From assembly GCA_002454955.1 (NCBI GenBank), contig DKJY01000109.1, positions 1,249 to 65,248 on the forward strand: 64,000 nt of DNA, given 5' to 3'. Source of the stretch: Bacteroidales bacterium UBA6680. GTDB lineage: Bacteria > Bacteroidota > Bacteroidia > Bacteroidales > UBA6680. The notes under the pieces are model-generated. The model was not told where the DNA came from. It saw only the letters and a program-made list of their open reading frames with translations, and made no database searches. This document shows positions 59,688 to 64,000 of this stretch, piece after piece. A program made the translations under genes and the position numbers. Each line of letters begins with the position of its first letter. The stretch's first letter is position 1.

Positions 59688-61118
59688 TTACCATTTACTT
59701 ATCCTTCGTAATATCTTTGGTATATCAATGTTATCTTTTGCATTAATAAATTCACTACTACCTCTGCCAATAACATATAACGGTACTCTTACCCCTGTAT
59801 GCGATCCTGTTCCCCAGCCAATACCTATTTTATTACTAAAAATCTGTCCAACACTTGTTACAACCGGATTGTTACTTCCGTAGAGTACATCTGATTTAAA
59901 GCGGGCAATTGCTGTTGCATCTTCCTTAAAAAATGCAAAGTAAGCACGTTTCAACAGATTTATATCTCTGGTATTTAATGTCAACTCCTTTACACTATTA
60001 ATACCAAAGTTTGTTTCAATACTCTTTATTAACTCCTCAAATGTGGCACCCTGCTCTTTCAGTTTGTTTACCTCTATCTCAAATTCGTCAAGCGATAATT
60101 TCTGATTGTCTGCTAAAGTTATCCTTGTTTCGTAGTGCAGATTACTGTTTCCAAGAGACATTCCTCCTGTTTCATGATCTGCTGTAACAATTATCAGAGT
60201 CTCTTTAGGATGTCTTTTATAGAATTCAATAGCCTCTTTTACTGCGTCATTAAAGTCAAGAATCTCATGTAGCATTGTTCCAAAATCATTTGAATGACAT
60301 GCCCAGTCAATCTTTCCTCCCTCAACCATAATAAAGAATCCCTTTTTGTTGTCAAGTACCTCAATAGCTTTTTGCGTGTAATCTGCAATATCAAGATGTG
60401 TTGAGTCACGATCAATAGCATAATATAACGACCCTTCATTCTGTATATGGTTACTTAGAGCAAGTATCTTTCCGTTATTTGTATTTACTGTTTTTAATTC
60501 AGTTGCATTACGGGTAATTGAGAAATTATTTTGTTTAGCAAAGTAGTATAAACTTGTATCGGTTTTACTTCTGCCATTTGGATATACAAAATCGCCACCG
60601 GCAAAAAAATCAAAATCAGACTTAGCAAGATCACGACCTATTGCATAATACATCCTTCTGGATGGTTGGTGGGCATAAAAGGCTGCCGGAGTGGCATGAT
60701 CAATACTTACCGACGTAATTATACCAACCCTCTTTTTATTCTCTTTTGCATTATGAGCAACAGAAGTAAGAGGTTCAGAGTGATCTGCATTCATCCCAAT
60801 TGTATTAATAGATGTTTTGTGCCCGCTGGCTAGTGCGGTTCCTGCCGCCGCCGATCCTGTAATAACTCTGTTGTCAGCAAATGTAGTTACAGTTGTACGT
60901 ACCGGAAAGTTTGTAAAGCTTAGCGGCGATATACCAATGTAATTATTCTTTAGAGCAAGATATGTCTCTGTTGCAGTAACCTGCGAAATTCCCATACCAT
61001 CACCAATAAAGTAGAATATATATTTAGGTGCTTTCCCTTTTGCTTGTAGTTTATTGCTGTCTGAAAATGCTGAAAATATTATCAGTACAGCTGCTAATAC
61101 AATATAATACCTTTTCAT
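59688..61118 (-). CDS. phoA: Alkaline phosphatase (PhoA family)
   Basis: YIFYFIGDGMG, TGSAAAGTALASGHKT, HATPAAFYAH, FFIMVEGGKIDWACH, VTADHETGG, HTG. Confidence 0.93.
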   Translation of the reverse strand: MKRYYIVLAAVLIIFSAFSDSNKLQAKGKAPKYIFYFIGDGMGISQVTATETYLALKNNYIGISPLSFTNFPVRTTVTTFADNRVITGSAAAGTALASGHKTSINTIGMNADHSEPLTSVAHNAKENKKRVGIITSVSIDHATPAAFYAHQPSRRMYYAIGRDLAKSDFDFFAGGDFVYPNGRSKTDTSLYYFAKQNNFSITRNATELKTVNTNNGKILALSNHIQNEGSLYYAIDRDSTHLDIADYTQKAIEVLDNKKGFFIMVEGGKIDWACHSNDFGTMLHEILDFNDAVKEAIEFYKRHPKETLIIVTADHETGGMSLGNSNLHYETRITLADNQKLSLDEFEIEVNKLKEQGATFEELIKSIETNFGINSVKELTLNTRDINLLKRAYFAFFKEDATAIARFKSDVLYGSNNPVVTSVGQIFSNKIGIGWGTGSHTGVRVPLYVIGRGSSEFINAKDNIDIPKILRRISKW

Positions 61119-61224
61119 TTTAATGTTGATTTTTTATTACGAATGCTAAGTTAATAAAACAAAGAGTCTTTAGTTAATGTTTAATGACAACTGTACGTTA
61201 ATTTATTACGAGTGGAGTATAAAT

Positions 61225-61255
61225 AAAAAAAGGCCGACCATATTGGTCAGCCTTT
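61225..61255 (-). terminator. Terminator of the exb operon
   Basis: A-tract, AGGCCGACCA-tat-TGGTCAGCCT. Confidence 0.82.
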
Positions 61256-61278
61256 CTGAAATATTATAACATAATTTG

Positions 61279-61758
61279 TTATTTAAGTACGCTAGTAACT
61301 TTTCTTGACGAGTAGTTAATTTTAAGAGCACTTGCTTTACGCAAAGCCTGCTTAATATCAACCACAACACCCATCTTTACCGTTTCGTCGGCTTTAATAG
61401 AGGTAGTCATAAATGGTCTGTCAGACTCGTCCATTGACTCACGCTCAGCTGCAATAAAGTCTCTGATATCTTCAACCTTTGCATATGAATCGTTAAGCTG
61501 GATACGTGGTTCAGTACCAAAAATAGCCTGGTTCTTTGCCCCTAATGGAACACCAACATATATATAACTAACAAGAGATTTTTTCTCTAGTTTCTTTACC
61601 TCTGTAGCACCCGGAGCCTTTACTTTTACGAGTAATGTGCTCTCTTTCATAGTTGTACTAACCATAAAGAAGAACAGAAGCATGTAAATAATATCCGGTA
61701 ACGAAGAGGTAGATATAGCAGGTACTCCACCTGACTTTTTCTTCTTAAATCTTGACAT
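61279..61758 (-). CDS. exbD: Biopolymer transport protein ExbD/TolR
   Basis: ISTSSLPDIIYMLLFFFMVSTTM TM motif with the conserved Asp; IKADETVKMGVV.D.KQALR. Confidence 0.9.
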   Translation of the reverse strand: MSRFKKKKSGGVPAISTSSLPDIIYMLLFFFMVSTTMKESTLLVKVKAPGATEVKKLEKKSLVSYIYVGVPLGAKNQAIFGTEPRIQLNDSYAKVEDIRDFIAAERESMDESDRPFMTTSIKADETVKMGVVVDIKQALRKASALKINYSSRKVTSVLK

Positions 61759-61760
61759 AA

Positions 61761-62336
61761 TTATTCCGCTTTAATTTCTTCCGGCTCAGCTTCCGATACA
61801 GCGTTAGGCAGATATTTCTTAATAGCCCTTTGCTTATCTTCATCTAAGCTTTCATATGGTTTTCCAAACTTACTTATAGCCTCCTCATTTCTCAGCTCAT
61901 TAACTGCACGTGCAATCTCATTCTGTACTTTAATGTACATTCCGTATGAGGTTCCACGGTCGTTCATAAGTGATATAACACCTTTAGATACTGTTGTAAG
62001 TCCGTAATAAGGAATCTCCGCCTCTCTTCTTTCAGGAAGATCAGGATCGTTATTTGGGTTCAAAAAGAACTCCTTTACCTTATCTTTAAGTTGTGATAAG
62101 TCTGTTCTACGTCCTTCTACAGAAAGTTTATCGCTTCTGTTAACAAGTACCTCAAGGATATTACGCTGATGAATGTCTTGATCCTCGTTCTTTGTGCTTT
62201 CATCTGCAGGAGGTGGCAAAACTCTCGAAATACCGCTATCAACATCCATTGTAGTTGTCACAAGAAAGAAGATAAGAAGCATAAATGCAATATCTGCTTG
62301 CGACGAGGAGTTGACTTCTGGAACTGGTCTTGGCAT
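61761..62336 (-). CDS. exbD: Biopolymer transport protein ExbD/TolR (second paralog)
   Basis: VNSSSQADIAFMLLIFFLVTTTM; ISLMNDRGTSY..YIKVQNE; SEAEP. Confidence 0.9.
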   Translation of the reverse strand: MPRPVPEVNSSSQADIAFMLLIFFLVTTTMDVDSGISRVLPPPADESTKNEDQDIHQRNILEVLVNRSDKLSVEGRRTDLSQLKDKVKEFFLNPNNDPDLPERREAEIPYYGLTTVSKGVISLMNDRGTSYGMYIKVQNEIARAVNELRNEEAISKFGKPYESLDEDKQRAIKKYLPNAVSEAEPEEIKAE

Positions 62337-62391
62337 AATATCTTAATATTTTATCAACAGAGGTTACAGTAGCAACCCCTGCGTGTTATGT

Positions 62392-62811
62392 TTACTTAAA
62401 ACTCTTAGAAACCTCTGAGAAAAGAACTGCAACAACAGCTAATCCCAAAAGGAAATATGTTAGGATAATACTGCTACCTGCGAACTTCTGTACCTCAGGA
62501 GTATTTGCAGCAATATCGCTACCCACACCTGTAAAAGGAGTGTTATCTGCTAAAGCATAAGAGATTAATACTAATGCACCAAGTCCTACTACAGCAATTA
62601 GTATGTTCTTAAGACCCTTTGGATTTGTGAACAGCTGAAGCAACGGGAAACCAATTGCAAAAACTGTAGCCACACCTAAAAGAAAGTAACTCCAAACAAT
62701 CATAGACTCCTCTGTAAGTGTTTCAGTACCTCTATACAACACTAAAAGTAGTACAGAAATTACCATCAACACCCACAGCGTAATTGTGGTTATTTTTGAT
62801 AACTTTAACAT
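62392..62811 (-). CDS. Hypothetical 4-TM membrane protein of the Bacteroidota exb operon
   Basis: Four hydrophobic segments and NPKGLK loop; lies between exbB and exbD. Confidence 0.85.
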   Translation of the reverse strand: MLKLSKITTITLWVLMVISVLLLVLYRGTETLTEESMIVWSYFLLGVATVFAIGFPLLQLFTNPKGLKNILIAVVGLGALVLISYALADNTPFTGVGSDIAANTPEVQKFAGSSIILTYFLLGLAVVAVLFSEVSKSFK

Positions 62812-62819
62812 AAATCAAA

Positions 62820-63671
62820 TTATTTTTTTAGGTTGTATTTTACTAGAATGTCGATCATAGAGATTGATGCATCTTCCATTGTATTTACTAAACCATCAAT
62901 CTTAGATACAAGATAGTTATAGAATACCTGAAGAATCATTGCAACAACAAGACCAGACACAGTAGTAATAAGGGCTACTTTAATACCAGCAGCAACAAGT
63001 GATGCAGAAATATCACCAGCAGCCTCGATATCAGCAAACGCCTTAATCATACCAATTACCGTACCCATGAAACCTAACATAGGAGCAAGAGATATAAATA
63101 AACTTACCCAAGAAAGGTTTTTCTCAAGAAGACCAGTCTGTACGCTACCATAAGCAATAATAGACTTCTCTACTACGTCAATACCCTCATCGTACTTCAT
63201 AAGACTCTGATAGAAGATAGAAGCTACAGGACCTCTTGTGTTACGACAAACCTCTTTAGCAGCCTCAATACCACCCTCGTTAAGAGCAGCCTCAACTTTG
63301 TTAAGAAGCTTTGTTGTGTTAGTAGTTGCAAAGTTCAAGTATAAGATTCTTTCGATTGCAATAGCAAGACCAAGGATCAATGCTAGAAGTACGAAAGTCA
63401 TAAACTCAGGACCACCATCAATAAATAATTTCTTTACTTGCTTGTGGAAACTCTTCTCTGCGTCTGCTGGCTCATCTGCTGCGTTGTCTTCGCTTGCAGG
63501 AACTTCTGCTGGAGTAGTTTCTGCTTTTTCAACTACAGTTGAGTCTGCGCTTTCAGTTTGAGTAACCTCCTCGTTTGTAACGTTTGCGTCGTCAGTCTGA
63601 GCAAATGCTACGTTTGATGCACTTAGAGTGAACATCCCAATAACCGCTATTAATGCAAATAACTTCTTCAT
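62820..63671 (-). CDS. exbB: MotA/TolQ/ExbB proton channel protein
   Basis: FIDGGPEFM, LGLAIAIERI, LAPMLGFMGTVIGMI, GIKVALITTVSGL; signal peptide and acidic linker. Confidence 0.93.
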   Translation of the reverse strand: MKKLFALIAVIGMFTLSASNVAFAQTDDANVTNEEVTQTESADSTVVEKAETTPAEVPASEDNAADEPADAEKSFHKQVKKLFIDGGPEFMTFVLLALILGLAIAIERILYLNFATTNTTKLLNKVEAALNEGGIEAAKEVCRNTRGPVASIFYQSLMKYDEGIDVVEKSIIAYGSVQTGLLEKNLSWVSLFISLAPMLGFMGTVIGMIKAFADIEAAGDISASLVAAGIKVALITTVSGLVVAMILQVFYNYLVSKIDGLVNTMEDASISMIDILVKYNLKK

Positions 63672-63925
63672 GGTTTGTTTTTAGTTTAATTATTAAATCT
63701 GTATTTGTTTATATTCAATTAATTTCTGCTTTACTGTGTAATTAAAGACGAATCTGTTTTAGGATTTTAGTTACTAATAACACGCTAAAACATTTGTTTT
63801 TATTGCTAAATACGCCTCTTTAACGGGGCACAAAATACAAAAAAAATATTAAAATCCTGTTCTTGTATTTACAAATTGCCACTATTAATCAAATTTATAG
63901 GTGCGTATAACAAAATTTATACCGA

Positions 63926-64000
63926 TTATTTTGTCAACTCGCCGCGAAGCGGAACTTCAAATAATTCTTTCACCTTTTCAACATCTGAATGCTCGCCCAG
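63926..64000 (-). CDS. ansA: C-terminus of a gene entering from the right edge, probably type I L-asparaginase
   Basis: Reverse translation LGEHSDVEKVKELFEVPLRGELTK-stop. The LG..(P)LRGE(L/M)T ending is typical of AnsA, which often precedes exbB in Bacteroidota. Only 24 codons are visible. Confidence 0.65.
   Translation of the reverse strand: MGEHSDVEKVKELFEVPLRGELTK

Noticed and set aside
63672-63925. Possible tRNA or riboswitch upstream of exbB
   Set aside because: No cloverleaf, T-loop or riboswitch core was found; the region is AT-rich promoter-like DNA.

Overview
AT-rich chromosomal window from a Bacteroidota genome, probably a Bacteroidales/Marinilabiliales-type organism. This rests on TAnnTTTG promoters, a ruvA-sprA-gcvH block, T9SS cargo proteins and signal peptides cleaved before Gln. 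Core genes are ruvA, sprA, gcvH, waaA, tRNA-Arg(CCG), pepF, aspS, tadA, thiL, sufBCDSET, hsp20, an alkaline phosphatase and exbB-x-exbD-exbD. Two edge-truncated genes are missing from the ORF track: a lysyl-endopeptidase-like protease on the left and the C-terminus of a probable asparaginase on the right. No transposase, integrase, CRISPR array or rRNA was seen. The most notable observations are: (1) a non-coding, phased 12 x 21-bp two-state array (30872-31123) directly downstream of a small helical protein gene, with an apparent two-module relative 2 kb away; (2) a five-gene operon of exported LPP20/DUF6175/FlgT-like proteins (53876-59452) that may form an undescribed envelope complex; (3) a half-size SprA-like protein encoded next to sprA; (4) a stand-alone copy of the FecR anti-sigma N-domain between an ECF sigma gene and fecR; (5) a TPR-LuxR regulator followed by two paralogous modular T9SS adhesins with positionally conserved promoters; (6) a sigma-54-like promoter with paired upstream boxes in front of hsp20. 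All family assignments are by motif recognition; no searches were run.
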